Assembly: GCA_031414595.1 (NCBI GenBank) | Contig: JANNVX010000010.1 | Coordinates: 1 to 21,829 of the forward strand | DNA length: 21,829 nt | Origin: Deinococcales bacterium | GTDB taxonomy: Bacteria > Deinococcota > Deinococci > Deinococcales > JAAFIG01 | Direction: 5' to 3' | Shown here: positions 8,924 to 16,823 of the stretch, in pieces | How positions within the stretch are numbered: position 1 is the stretch's first letter | Layout of the letters: every line of letters starts with the position of its first letter | Translations under genes and position numbers: made by a program | The notes under the pieces: model-generated | What the model was told of the DNA's origin: nothing | Seen by the model: only the letters and a program-made list of their open reading frames with translations | Database searches by the model: none

Positions 8924-9919
8924 TTAAAGAAGTCCCTGTTCGCGCAATAACTTCTGGGCGTTACCGACATAATCCGCCAGCTTGTCAAAATCTATTTTTG
9001 GACTGCGGTTAATCATGTCATTCAAAGGCAGTAAGCTGCTGGGCAAAATTGCGCCTTTGACCACTGGGTATTCAAAAATCTCACCACTAAAAAACTGTTG
9101 GGCTTTGCTCGAGAGTAACCATGTCAAGAAGCGTTGTGAAGTCACAGATTTCTTGGAGGTTTTTAAGATTCCCGCACCGGTCACAAGGGCGAGTGAGCCT
9201 AGGTCGCCATTTTGGAAGTAATGTGTTCCCATTGCATAACCCACTTTGGTAAAACGCAACACATAATAGTGGTTGGTCAGTGCCACATCAATTTCTCCTG
9301 CCCGTAAAGCCTCGAGCATTTGGACGTTGTTTGTGCCGTAGGCTTTAGGCTCGAGTTGTTTCATTCCAGCTAACCACTGGCTAGTCACCGCATCGCCTTT
9401 GGTGGCTGCCATTGCCCCAACAAAATCTTGGAAACTGGCATAGGCTGGAGTCCAACCAACCCGTCCTTTCAGGGCGGTCATTTTTGGCAAATCCATGACT
9501 GAAGTTGGTAAATCAGTCGCTTTAATTTTGGCTGGGTTATAGGCGAGTACCCGAAAACGAATCGAAAGTGGAGTCCAAGTTTTACTTTCTGGGACGTAAA
9601 GATTGGGCTTATTGGTAATGGCGGTCGAGAGCTTGACAAATTGATTGTTTTTACTCAAGAGTCCTAGGCTACCAGAAGTATTTGCCCAAAAAATATCGGC
9701 TGGGGAGCGTGCGCCTTCTTCTTGAACCGCCGCCAGTAATTGTGCATCTGTGCCGTAGCGAACATTGACTTTTACCCCAGATTCGGCTTGATAGGCTTGA
9801 ACCAAAGGGTCAACCAAGCCCTTGCCGCGACCAGTGTAAACCGTCAGTTCTTGGGTTTGCGAAGCGGCGGTGGCTGCCACAATCAGGGCTGTTCCAATCA
9901 CCAAAAGTGCTTTTTTCAT
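8924..9919 (-). CDS. fbpA: iron(III) ABC transporter substrate-binding protein (FbpA/FutA type)
   Basis: Signal peptide, LTVYTGR, EGARSPADIFW and TNHYY with the tandem Tyr iron ligands. AGGAGG RBS at 9925-9930. Confidence 0.88.
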   Translation of the reverse strand: MKKALLVIGTALIVAATAASQTQELTVYTGRGKGLVDPLVQAYQAESGVKVNVRYGTDAQLLAAVQEEGARSPADIFWANTSGSLGLLSKNNQFVKLSTAITNKPNLYVPESKTWTPLSIRFRVLAYNPAKIKATDLPTSVMDLPKMTALKGRVGWTPAYASFQDFVGAMAATKGDAVTSQWLAGMKQLEPKAYGTNNVQMLEALRAGEIDVALTNHYYVLRFTKVGYAMGTHYFQNGDLGSLALVTGAGILKTSKKSVTSQRFLTWLLSSKAQQFFSGEIFEYPVVKGAILPSSLLPLNDMINRSPKIDFDKLADYVGNAQKLLREQGLL

Positions 9920-9940
9920 GTTGTCCTCCTAAAGACTAGA

Positions 9941-9967
9941 TAAATCCTATCGGTTTACTCGGAATTA
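9941..9967. promoter_or_regulatory. imperfect palindromic operator, Rrf2-family (IscR/CymR-like) candidate
   Basis: TAAATCCTATCGGTTTACTCGGAATTA, with arms TAAATCCTA and TCGGAATTA, lies in the 111-bp divergent spacer between fbpA and yeiH. Confidence 0.55.
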
Positions 9968-10030
9968 AACAGAGGACTTTTATCACGGTTCAACCAAGCT
10001 GCTCTAAAAAACGTTACACTAAACGAATTC

Positions 10031-11035
10031 ATGCCAAAAAACTTCTCAGGCATTCTCACTTGTTTTGCCATCGCTGCCATATCTGCCATTATCGCTGGCA
10101 TCCCCAATGTTTTACCGGGTATACCAGGCATTAAAATCCTTGGTATTCTTGGTTGGGCATTGGTGCTGGGCATTTTGGTACGCTCGAGTTTTCTCCTGCC
10201 GGGCAGCTTAAAAGCAGGCATCACTTATAGTGCCAAAACCATTTTACGGCTCGGGATTGTGCTGCTTGGGGTGCGCCTGAATTTCTCGAGTTTAGCCAGC
10301 AGTGGACCAATTATTTTACTGCTCGACGGACTGATTGTGATTGTTGGCATCCTTGGGGTCAATCATATGGGTAAACGTTTAGGGTTATCGAAGGGACTGC
10401 GCTTATCGCTCGCCTTTGGGACTGGCATTTGTGGTGCTTCGGCAGCAGTTGCGGCGGGCAGCATTGCCAGCGCCAAAGACGAAGAGGTCAGTTTAGCCGT
10501 CGGGACAGTCAGTTTACTCGGTACTTTTGGCGTACTAGGCTTTATTTTGCTGCGTCAACCGCTCGGTTTAACCGACCTTCAGTACGGTATTTTAACCGGC
10601 AGCACCTTACAAGAAGTTGGACAAGTGATTGCCGCCGCCAGTGTCAATGCCAGCGCCCTAGACACGGCTACCCTTGCCAAATTAACCAGAGTAGCCTTGC
10701 TTGCACCCGCCTTGGTGATTGCCTCGAGTCTGCTGCGAATGCGCGAGGACAAAGCCACTGCCCCTAGCCAACGCCCACCCGTACTGCCTCCGTTTTTGCT
10801 TGGGTTTTTGGCGGTAGGACTGGTTAATTCTTTTGGCTGGCTGCCCAAAGAAGTCTCGAGTAGCGCCCAGACTTTATCCATTGCTTTTACTGCCATGGCG
10901 ATGGCTGGAATTGGCTTAGGGGTGGACTTAAAAGCCATGCGGCGGGTTGGGGTTAAAGCCCTAGGCGTTGGTGCAATTGGTTTTTTGGTCTTGGTTATGG
11001 TCTCGAGTGCCGTGATTGGAATAGCAGGAATTTAG
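10031..11035 (+). CDS. YeiH/UPF0324 family membrane protein (putative sulfate exporter family)
   Basis: Signature motifs LRLGIVLLG, GTGICGASA, GSTLQEVGQV.AA, KLTRVALLAP and AMAGIGL. Confidence 0.9.
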   Translation: MPKNFSGILTCFAIAAISAIIAGIPNVLPGIPGIKILGILGWALVLGILVRSSFLLPGSLKAGITYSAKTILRLGIVLLGVRLNFSSLASSGPIILLLDGLIVIVGILGVNHMGKRLGLSKGLRLSLAFGTGICGASAAVAAGSIASAKDEEVSLAVGTVSLLGTFGVLGFILLRQPLGLTDLQYGILTGSTLQEVGQVIAAASVNASALDTATLAKLTRVALLAPALVIASSLLRMREDKATAPSQRPPVLPPFLLGFLAVGLVNSFGWLPKEVSSSAQTLSIAFTAMAMAGIGLGVDLKAMRRVGVKALGVGAIGFLVLVMVSSAVIGIAGI

Positions 11036-11063
11036 ATGAGGGTCTGGGTGACTCGAGAAAAAT

Positions 11064-11091
11064 TTGTAATTCCAAGACAAAGCGCTACAAT
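11064..11091 (+). promoter_or_regulatory. sigmaA-type promoter for a leaderless transcript
   Basis: TTGTAA(11064-69)-N16-TACAAT(11086-91)-N6-ATG(11098). Confidence 0.6.
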
Positions 11092-11097
11092 AAAAAC

Positions 11098-11268
11098 ATG
11101 ACACCCTCGACCCCATTAAAACCTAGTAAAAAACAAACCGCCTCTAAATTCCTACTCGAGTTTGCCGCCAGCATACCTAAAGACGTACCAGAATCTGAAC
11201 TCGAGAAACTACCTAGCGACGGCGCAGTGAATCATGACCATTACCTGTATGGAGCGCCAAAAAGATAA
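11098..11268 (+). CDS. small VapB-like antitoxin (56 aa)
   Basis: MTPSTPLKPSKKQTASKFLLEFAASIPKDVPESELEKLPSDGAVNHDHYLYGAPKR*. The LP.DGA..HDHYLYG.PK tail is typical of small proteins preceding PIN toxins. TAATG overlap with a PIN-like start. Below the ORF-track length cut-off. Confidence 0.8.
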   Translation: MTPSTPLKPSKKQTASKFLLEFAASIPKDVPESELEKLPSDGAVNHDHYLYGAPKR

Positions 11269-11336
11269 TGCGTTCCGTATTTTTAGATGCTGTGTATTTA
11301 ATCGCCCTGATAAACCCAAACGACCAGTACCACTAA
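11268..11336 (+). pseudogene. vapC: truncated VapC/PIN-domain toxin (first 22 codons only)
   Basis: MRSVFLDAVYLIALINPNDQYH* matches the PIN N-terminus (FLDT..hIAL....D.YH..A). No further PIN sequence is recognisable downstream. Confidence 0.75.
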
Positions 11337-13078
11337 ATGCGAAACCGAACCTACCAATAATAAATACACTCCGTATGATAGATAATTCCGCCAATTCATG
11401 GCTACTTGTAGAGAATCTTGGACAGCAAAATCAACCTCACCATTATCGCTGGGTTAGTCCATTTGAACCAAATGAGCAGTTAAATCCAATAGCTCTTGCG
11501 TCTAAATTGACTAACTCAAACAATTCTACGATCTCAAACGGTTTCTCAGGGCTTTTTCAGAGTGGAATGGATGATATTGCTGGATTCGTATTAACTCTAG
11601 TCGGAAACTTTCTTAACTCAGCTTTCTTTTTTAGTCCATTTCGGCGCGGCAAAGAAAAATCACCTAGTCAGTCTGACGTAATACTAAATACAGATGGAAA
11701 TAACCTACCAGCACGACTATTTACCGCAGTATTAAACGAAAAACAAGAATTCCATAGAATAGAAAAATTTGCACAAGAGGCTCTTTCTAACATCGGGGAC
11801 TTAAATCCTCGAGTCATTGGTAGCGAAACGCATATCGAATTTGAACAAGATGTCATGGGTAAACCGCTTTCAACTCGTTTACACGCAATGGGTGGCGGCG
11901 TTGAACAACTTCTGATGGTTGCTGCAGCACTAGAGACGACTTCTGTAGATGCTCCACTTTTTCTTGAAGAACCAGAGTCTCATTTGCATCCAGGCGCACA
12001 ACGCTACTTACTCGAGAAATTGGTAGAAAGCGGACGACAGGTTTTCATCACAACCCATTCAAGCGTTTTTCTGGGTGATTTAGCCAATCAGAACCGTACC
12101 AGTATTTACCGTGTTTCACAAAGTAACCGCCGTACCAGTATTGCCCGAGTAGATGGAGCAGCACTTTCTACAGCACTTCAAGAGCTTGGTGTTATCAATT
12201 CGGACTTGCTACTGCGTGAAGGTTTGGTTTTTGTTGAAAATGATTATGACGGACAAGCATTAAGTGCTTTAGCCAAGACTTTAGATAAGCCTTTAACAAA
12301 TCGCAATATTGCATTTGTTCCAATAGGTGGCGCAACAGCATTAAATACAATTGCCCCAAGTAGTAGCACCGCGCTTGAGCGTTTGCATCAAGGAGCATTA
12401 GCTATTCCGCACTTATTTTTGATAGACCGTGATGAAAGAAGCGAAGCCGACCTAGAAAAGCTAAAACGCAACGCAAATATTCAGGATACCCTACACGTTT
12501 TTGAACGACGAGAATTAGAAAATTATTTACTTGTTCCATCCGCTCTCAACCGCTACGTTAAAGCCTATAAACCATGTAACGACGTAACAGTCCAAACTCG
12601 ACGCGAGGCAACAAATGCGGTAGAAATTGAAGGGCTTATTCAGGCTGCTCGAGATAACCTAAAATCAAAAACGTTAGCAAAACGGATTGCATCTGCTTTA
12701 TCTCGTGACCATCGAGTTTTTATTCTTGACAGAGAAGATATTTCAGGACTCGAGCATATACTATCAAACGAAAATTATGCAGAACAAGTGAAAACATTTA
12801 TTGAGAAGCAACTCCTGATTCAAGCAAAATTGGATAGAATTCCAGCTTTAGTAGAAGAAGAGCATTTCAAATTTGAGAATGATTGGTCAGATGAACTACA
12901 ACGCAAAAATATCGCTCCTGGTGAAGAAATTATTTGTGCAGTATTAAAGCATTTCTCAATTGGGACTAAAAATATAAAAGCTGAAGTACCAAAAATCGCT
13001 GCTTTTCTCAAGCCTAATGAAATTGCACAAGAATTAAAAGACCTGATACTGCGGATTTATGACCTACCAAAACGCTAA
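11337..13078 (+). pseudogene. OLD-family ATP-dependent nuclease (ABC-type ATPase plus TOPRIM), N-terminally truncated and lacking Walker A
   Basis: ABC signature-like MGGGVEQLL, Walker B/D-loop LFLEEPESHLHPGAQ, H-loop FITTHS, TOPRIM VFVENDYD and IDRDER, and RRELENYLL. There is no GxNxxGKS/T in the ORF. The track start at 11234 overlaps the antitoxin and vapC. First internal ATG is at 11375. Confidence 0.7.
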
Positions 13079-13094
13079 TTTTATGCTCGAGACT

Positions 13095-13235
13095 CTAACT
13101 CGCCCCTGTTGCAAAACCTTCGACTACCCGATGCGTTGGCGGATGAAAACTCAGCATTGTTTGTCTTTTGGTACTCCAAAACTTAGTAACTACTCTGCCA
13201 CTTCAACTCGCAGTGTTGTTCTCCTCGAGCCAAAT
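13095..13235 (-). pseudogene. xisI: XisI-family C-terminal relic with frameshifts and an internal stop
   Basis: Across frames it reads IWLEENNTA / VEVAE*LLSFGVPKDK / MLSFHPPTHRVVEGFATG, matching the XisI pattern IWI..D.TE..IA.EL...GVPK..IVLGFHPP..R....FA. Confidence 0.7.
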
Positions 13236-13239
13236 TCAA

Positions 13240-13836
13240 TCACAGTGCAATATGTTCAAGAATCCCAAAAATCTTCTCTGGATTTTGAATCGAATATTCT
13301 ACGCTGTCCACAATTGCATGTTGCTGCTCGAGGGCTAAAAAACGCCATTGAATCCCTGTTGTGACCACGCCATAAATACGTTCTCGAGGTTTGTTCTGGT
13401 CAATATTAAATTGCTGAGCAGCAATCATTTCGGCAAGGCATTGTCCAAAACCACCAATGATATTTTCATTCTTCGCCTCAACCAGTACACATATTGGCGC
13501 AGTCAAAACCAATTGTTGTGGGTTACTCGAGAGGATATAGTCACAACGCCCTTTTAAGCCCATTGCTTCGTTGACGTTAAATTCTAAACCAGAGAAAACA
13601 CTAACTTTTTGGTGGTGCAGCAGCTTAAATTCGGTTAAAAATGGGGCAATCAGTAATTCCGAGCGGGCTTTTTCGGTGTTTAAGTTCAGTGCCAGTGGTA
13701 AGTACCTGTGTAGCATATCCTCGAGTGTTTTGGGGAGTTGTACAGGTGTCACACCATCGAATAAGTCTTGGTTTTCTTCGATGGTCACAGCAAATTTTTG
13801 TTGCACTTCAAGTAGCTTAAAATCTGAGTACGCCAT
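13240..13836 (-). CDS. conserved hypothetical protein, PD-(D/E)XK restriction-endonuclease-like fold
   Basis: MAYSDF start, TEKARSELLIAP, GRCDYILS, VLVEAK, GQCLAEMIAAQ.FN and IYGVVTTG..WRFL. ATG 13836 is preferred over TTG 13842. Confidence 0.75.
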   Translation of the reverse strand: MAYSDFKLLEVQQKFAVTIEENQDLFDGVTPVQLPKTLEDMLHRYLPLALNLNTEKARSELLIAPFLTEFKLLHHQKVSVFSGLEFNVNEAMGLKGRCDYILSSNPQQLVLTAPICVLVEAKNENIIGGFGQCLAEMIAAQQFNIDQNKPRERIYGVVTTGIQWRFLALEQQHAIVDSVEYSIQNPEKIFGILEHIAL

Positions 13837-13853
13837 ACTCAAAACGATACGCC

Positions 13854-14402
13854 TTACCTAAATGAGGCTGGTGTCGTTTCACACCAATACAGACTAAGCA
13901 CATTCGAGCCGTAGACGCGCCGCTCGAGCTTAAAGCCAGTCGCTTCTGAAAGCCTAATTTGAATCGGGTGCTGTGAAATCAGCACCCCATCTGGCTCGAG
14001 CTTAGCAAGTTTTAAGGCTTTTAAGGTTATCTGCACTAAATCTTCGGTATATGGTGGGTCAATAAAAATGATGTCGTGACTTGGGGCAGACTCGAGAAAT
14101 TTCAAAGCATCAGCTCGAATAATTTTTGCAGCCACTTTCAGTTCGCGTTTGTTCTTCTCGAGAATTTCTGTGGCTTTGGTGTCCTTTTCGACCATCGTCA
14201 CCACAAAATCTCTGGAGGCTGCCTCGAGTCCAACTGCCCCAGAACCGGCGCATAAATCCAGCAAGCTCGAACCCGCCCCAAAATGCACTTCGAGCAGGTC
14301 AAAAAGGCTTTTGCGGACTCGAGCCGGGGTAGGGCGGGCGGTGCTAGGAATTTTTAGCGAACGCCCTTTGGCGCTACCGCCAAGGATGCGGAGGTCTGGC
14401 AT
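13854..14402 (-). CDS. rsmD: 16S rRNA (guanine966-N2)-methyltransferase
   Basis: LRILGGSAKGR.L, RPTPARVRKSLF, LDLCAGSGAVGLEAASR and FIDPPY. Confidence 0.9.
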   Translation of the reverse strand: MPDLRILGGSAKGRSLKIPSTARPTPARVRKSLFDLLEVHFGAGSSLLDLCAGSGAVGLEAASRDFVVTMVEKDTKATEILEKNKRELKVAAKIIRADALKFLESAPSHDIIFIDPPYTEDLVQITLKALKLAKLEPDGVLISQHPIQIRLSEATGFKLERRVYGSNVLSLYWCETTPASFR

Positions 14403-14719
14403 TACACAGCCCGCTCGAGGGTTTCACGTATAAACTGATTCAAACTTTGGTTTTTTTGTGCAGCTTTAACAACTAATTTTGCATGGGTTTGAGGTTCGAG
14501 TCGGACATTAAACCGACCCGAAAATGGTTTATTTGGGTCTCGATTTAGTTTTTGGCAAGTCTCGAGGTAATCATCTATCGCTTCTTCAAAAGCAGTTTTC
14601 ATTTCTGTAATTGAATCACCATGAAAACCAATCACATCAGTAATTCCAATCACTCGCCCGACTAAACACGCATCGCCTTGGCTGTACTGAATGAATGCCG
14701 AATATCCTTTATAGGTCAT
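14402..14719 (-). CDS. hicB: type II toxin-antitoxin antitoxin HicB
   Basis: MTYKGY, GRVIGITDVIGFHG, FEEAIDDYL and KPFSGRFNVRL, with an RHH-type tail (SLNQFI). Confidence 0.92.
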   Translation of the reverse strand: MTYKGYSAFIQYSQGDACLVGRVIGITDVIGFHGDSITEMKTAFEEAIDDYLETCQKLNRDPNKPFSGRFNVRLEPQTHAKLVVKAAQKNQSLNQFIRETLERAV

Positions 14720-14976
14720 GGTTTTACCCCCGCAGCTTCTAAGAAATCTTTTGCCTCAAGAATTTGGTACAACTTGGCTTCTTTACTTGGATGTGGACGA
14801 TGAAAAGTACCAATAACATTGTTTAGAACAAATCGGACTCGAGAACCACGTCCTTCTATAACGTTTGCACCCAAGGCAATAAATAATCCTTCGAGATCAC
14901 GCCAGTCTAAAGTTCTCGGTGGGGGTATCGAAAAAAGTGCTTCAAGAATACGTTGATGACTGGAACGCACCTTCAC
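14716..14976 (-). CDS. hicA: type II toxin-antitoxin toxin HicA
   Basis: W.DLEGLF.ALGA...EGRGSRVRF and FHRPHP.KE. GTG start and ATGA overlap with hicB. Confidence 0.9.
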   Translation of the reverse strand: MKVRSSHQRILEALFSIPPPRTLDWRDLEGLFIALGANVIEGRGSRVRFVLNNVIGTFHRPHPSKEAKLYQILEAKDFLEAAGVKP

Positions 14977-14977
14977 A

Positions 14978-14998
14978 TGGTACTACATTTTGGTATCA
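14978..14998. promoter_or_regulatory. inverted repeat, candidate HicB autorepression operator
   Basis: TGGTACTA-N5-TGGTATCA (6 of 8 positions pair) fills the gap between the purA stop and the hicA start. Confidence 0.55.
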
Positions 14999-16210
14999 AG
15001 TCCAACTGACGTGTCCAAAAGTCTCGGCTCGAGATTGTCCGGTACCAAAAATAACCACTGGGCAATTCACCAATTCTTCGATTCGGGCGATATATTTAAG
15101 AACCGCTTTTGGCAGGTCTTCACGGCGCTCAATCCCGTCTAAATGCCCCCAACCGTCCATTTCCTCGAGTATGGCATTGCCGTTTTCATCGTGTTCAATG
15201 CCAAGTTTGATTTTGTCAAAACCACTTAAGAAATCGAGTTTGGTCAGGGCAATCCCATCAAAACCGTTGACATCTACCGCGTACTTGACCAATTTAGTAT
15301 CAAACCAGCCCATACGTCTTGGTCTACCCGTGGTCGTGCCGTATTCTGCACCCGGCGCGTCGCGTTCGCCACGCAACCGATGCTCGAGTTCGCCAAAAAC
15401 CTCGGTGGGAAATGGTCCATGTCCGACCCTTGAGGTAAAGGCTTTGGCAACCCCAAAAACCTTGTTGATGTGCTTATGGTTCACTCCTGTACCAACCAGA
15501 ATTCCGCCGACTGTCGGGTGGCTCGAGGTCACAAATGGGTATGTGCCGTAATTCAGGTCTAGCAAGGTGGCTTGAGCGCCTTCAAATAACACATTCTGAT
15601 TTTGACTTAGGGCTTGGCGCAGCATCGAACCAGTGTCTTTAATAAATGGTGTAAGGATGTCTCGAGCCTCGAGCATGTGCGGCATGGCGGCTTCAACGTT
15701 CTTCCAGCCGACTTCGGCAGTGCTGTTCGGCTTGGCTTCGATTAGGCGCTCGAGGCGCTCATGTAAAATGCTGTCAGACAATAAATCCCCAGCGCGTATA
15801 CCGATGCGCCGAGCGCGGTCAGCGTACGCGGGTCCGATGCCGCGTCCGGTTGTGCCGACAAAATCGTTTTTGCCATCCACATGTTTATGGTGCGGCAGTA
15901 CCAGATGGGCGCGGTCGGAAACATAGACTTCTGGGTTTAACCCGTGATTTTTTAGGTACGCCAGTTCTTCCTTAAATTTGAATGGGTCTATGACAAGTCC
16001 GTCACCAAGGACAATTTTGACACCCGGCCTAACCGCGCCGGCTGGGAACAGATTTAGCTTAAAAACCACATCTGGCAAAACAATCGTGTGTCCAGCATTC
16101 GCGCCTCCAGAATAACGCACCACAAAATCTGCGTCTGGTGCTAAGAAATCCGTGACTTTTCCTTTTCCTTCATCGCCCCATTGAGCGCCGATGATTGCAA
16201 TTCCTGGCAT
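14996..16210 (-). CDS. purA: adenylosuccinate synthetase
   Basis: GAQWGDEGKGK, GGANAGHT, GTTGRGIGPAYAD, FEGAQ, GTYPFVTSS, EYGTTTGRPRR and TKLD. GAGGAG RBS upstream. Confidence 0.98.
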   Translation of the reverse strand: MPGIAIIGAQWGDEGKGKVTDFLAPDADFVVRYSGGANAGHTIVLPDVVFKLNLFPAGAVRPGVKIVLGDGLVIDPFKFKEELAYLKNHGLNPEVYVSDRAHLVLPHHKHVDGKNDFVGTTGRGIGPAYADRARRIGIRAGDLLSDSILHERLERLIEAKPNSTAEVGWKNVEAAMPHMLEARDILTPFIKDTGSMLRQALSQNQNVLFEGAQATLLDLNYGTYPFVTSSHPTVGGILVGTGVNHKHINKVFGVAKAFTSRVGHGPFPTEVFGELEHRLRGERDAPGAEYGTTTGRPRRMGWFDTKLVKYAVDVNGFDGIALTKLDFLSGFDKIKLGIEHDENGNAILEEMDGWGHLDGIERREDLPKAVLKYIARIEELVNCPVVIFGTGQSRAETFGHVSWT

Positions 16211-16229
16211 ATTGACTCCTCAAAATCAT

Positions 16230-16263
16230 AAAAAAACGGCGCTAAGCACCGTGGGGTAGTGTA
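16230..16263 (-). promoter_or_regulatory. purA leader: -10 box followed by a hairpin and U-tract
   Basis: Minus strand TACACT-ACCCC-ACGGTGC-TTA-GCGCCGT-TTTTTT, followed by the RBS. Confidence 0.5.
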
Positions 16264-16361
16264 CCCTAAATCGGTTCGTGATTTTCAATCTATTGACTGG
16301 TTTCAAAAACACTTTGCAACAGATAGTAGCTTGGTTCTACAGTTTTGCTTGAGGTGCAAAA

Positions 16362-16799
16362 ATGAATCGAAGAACTGCCTTAAAAGCCGTGGCTGTGGGC
16401 GGGGCAGCTTTGCTGCTCGAGTCAGCCAAAACCCAAAACTTAGTGGCTTACCGAATTGCAGATGTGGCTTTTTTTGAGCCTGATGGTGCAATTGCCCAAT
16501 TCCCTTTTGATGGTCGTCATGGGTTGGTGGTTCGCGTCCCCCAAGCTCAACCCAACCGCAGCTTAAAACTCGAGCAGAAAAATCAGACCATTTATCTGGT
16601 TGCCTATCACTTGGTTTGTACCCATTTGGGTTGCACACCAGCCTTACCTAATGCCGATGGTCACTTGGTTTGTCCATGTCATCTCTCAAAGTTTTTTGCC
16701 CATAACGGACAAGTGGCGGATTCTCGTCCAAATCCGCCACTCAAAGCCATTGCCCTCGAGCAGCGTGGCACAGCTATTTTTGCGATTGGCTACCTTTAA
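16362..16799 (+). CDS. Tat-exported Rieske [2Fe-2S] protein
   Basis: Twin-arginine signal MNRRTALK, Rieske boxes CTHLGC and CPCHLSKF, and a GAGGTG RBS. Confidence 0.9.
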   Translation: MNRRTALKAVAVGGAALLLESAKTQNLVAYRIADVAFFEPDGAIAQFPFDGRHGLVVRVPQAQPNRSLKLEQKNQTIYLVAYHLVCTHLGCTPALPNADGHLVCPCHLSKFFAHNGQVADSRPNPPLKAIALEQRGTAIFAIGYL

Positions 16800-16823
16800 C
16801 GATTTGGGCTTTCAGTCATTGCT

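Noticed and set aside
11234-11336. Track start of the 614-aa ATPase ORF
   Set aside because: This stretch is better explained in other frames as the antitoxin 3' end and the vapC stub, and the translated N-terminus has no ATPase features.
13059-13364. 101-aa plus-strand ORF
   Set aside because: It is an antisense shadow of the xisI relic and the PD-(D/E)XK-like gene, with no recognisable motif.
16230-16361. Purine riboswitch, tRNA or rRNA
   Set aside because: No purine-riboswitch three-way junction fits upstream of purA, and no tRNA or rRNA signatures were recognised anywhere in the window.
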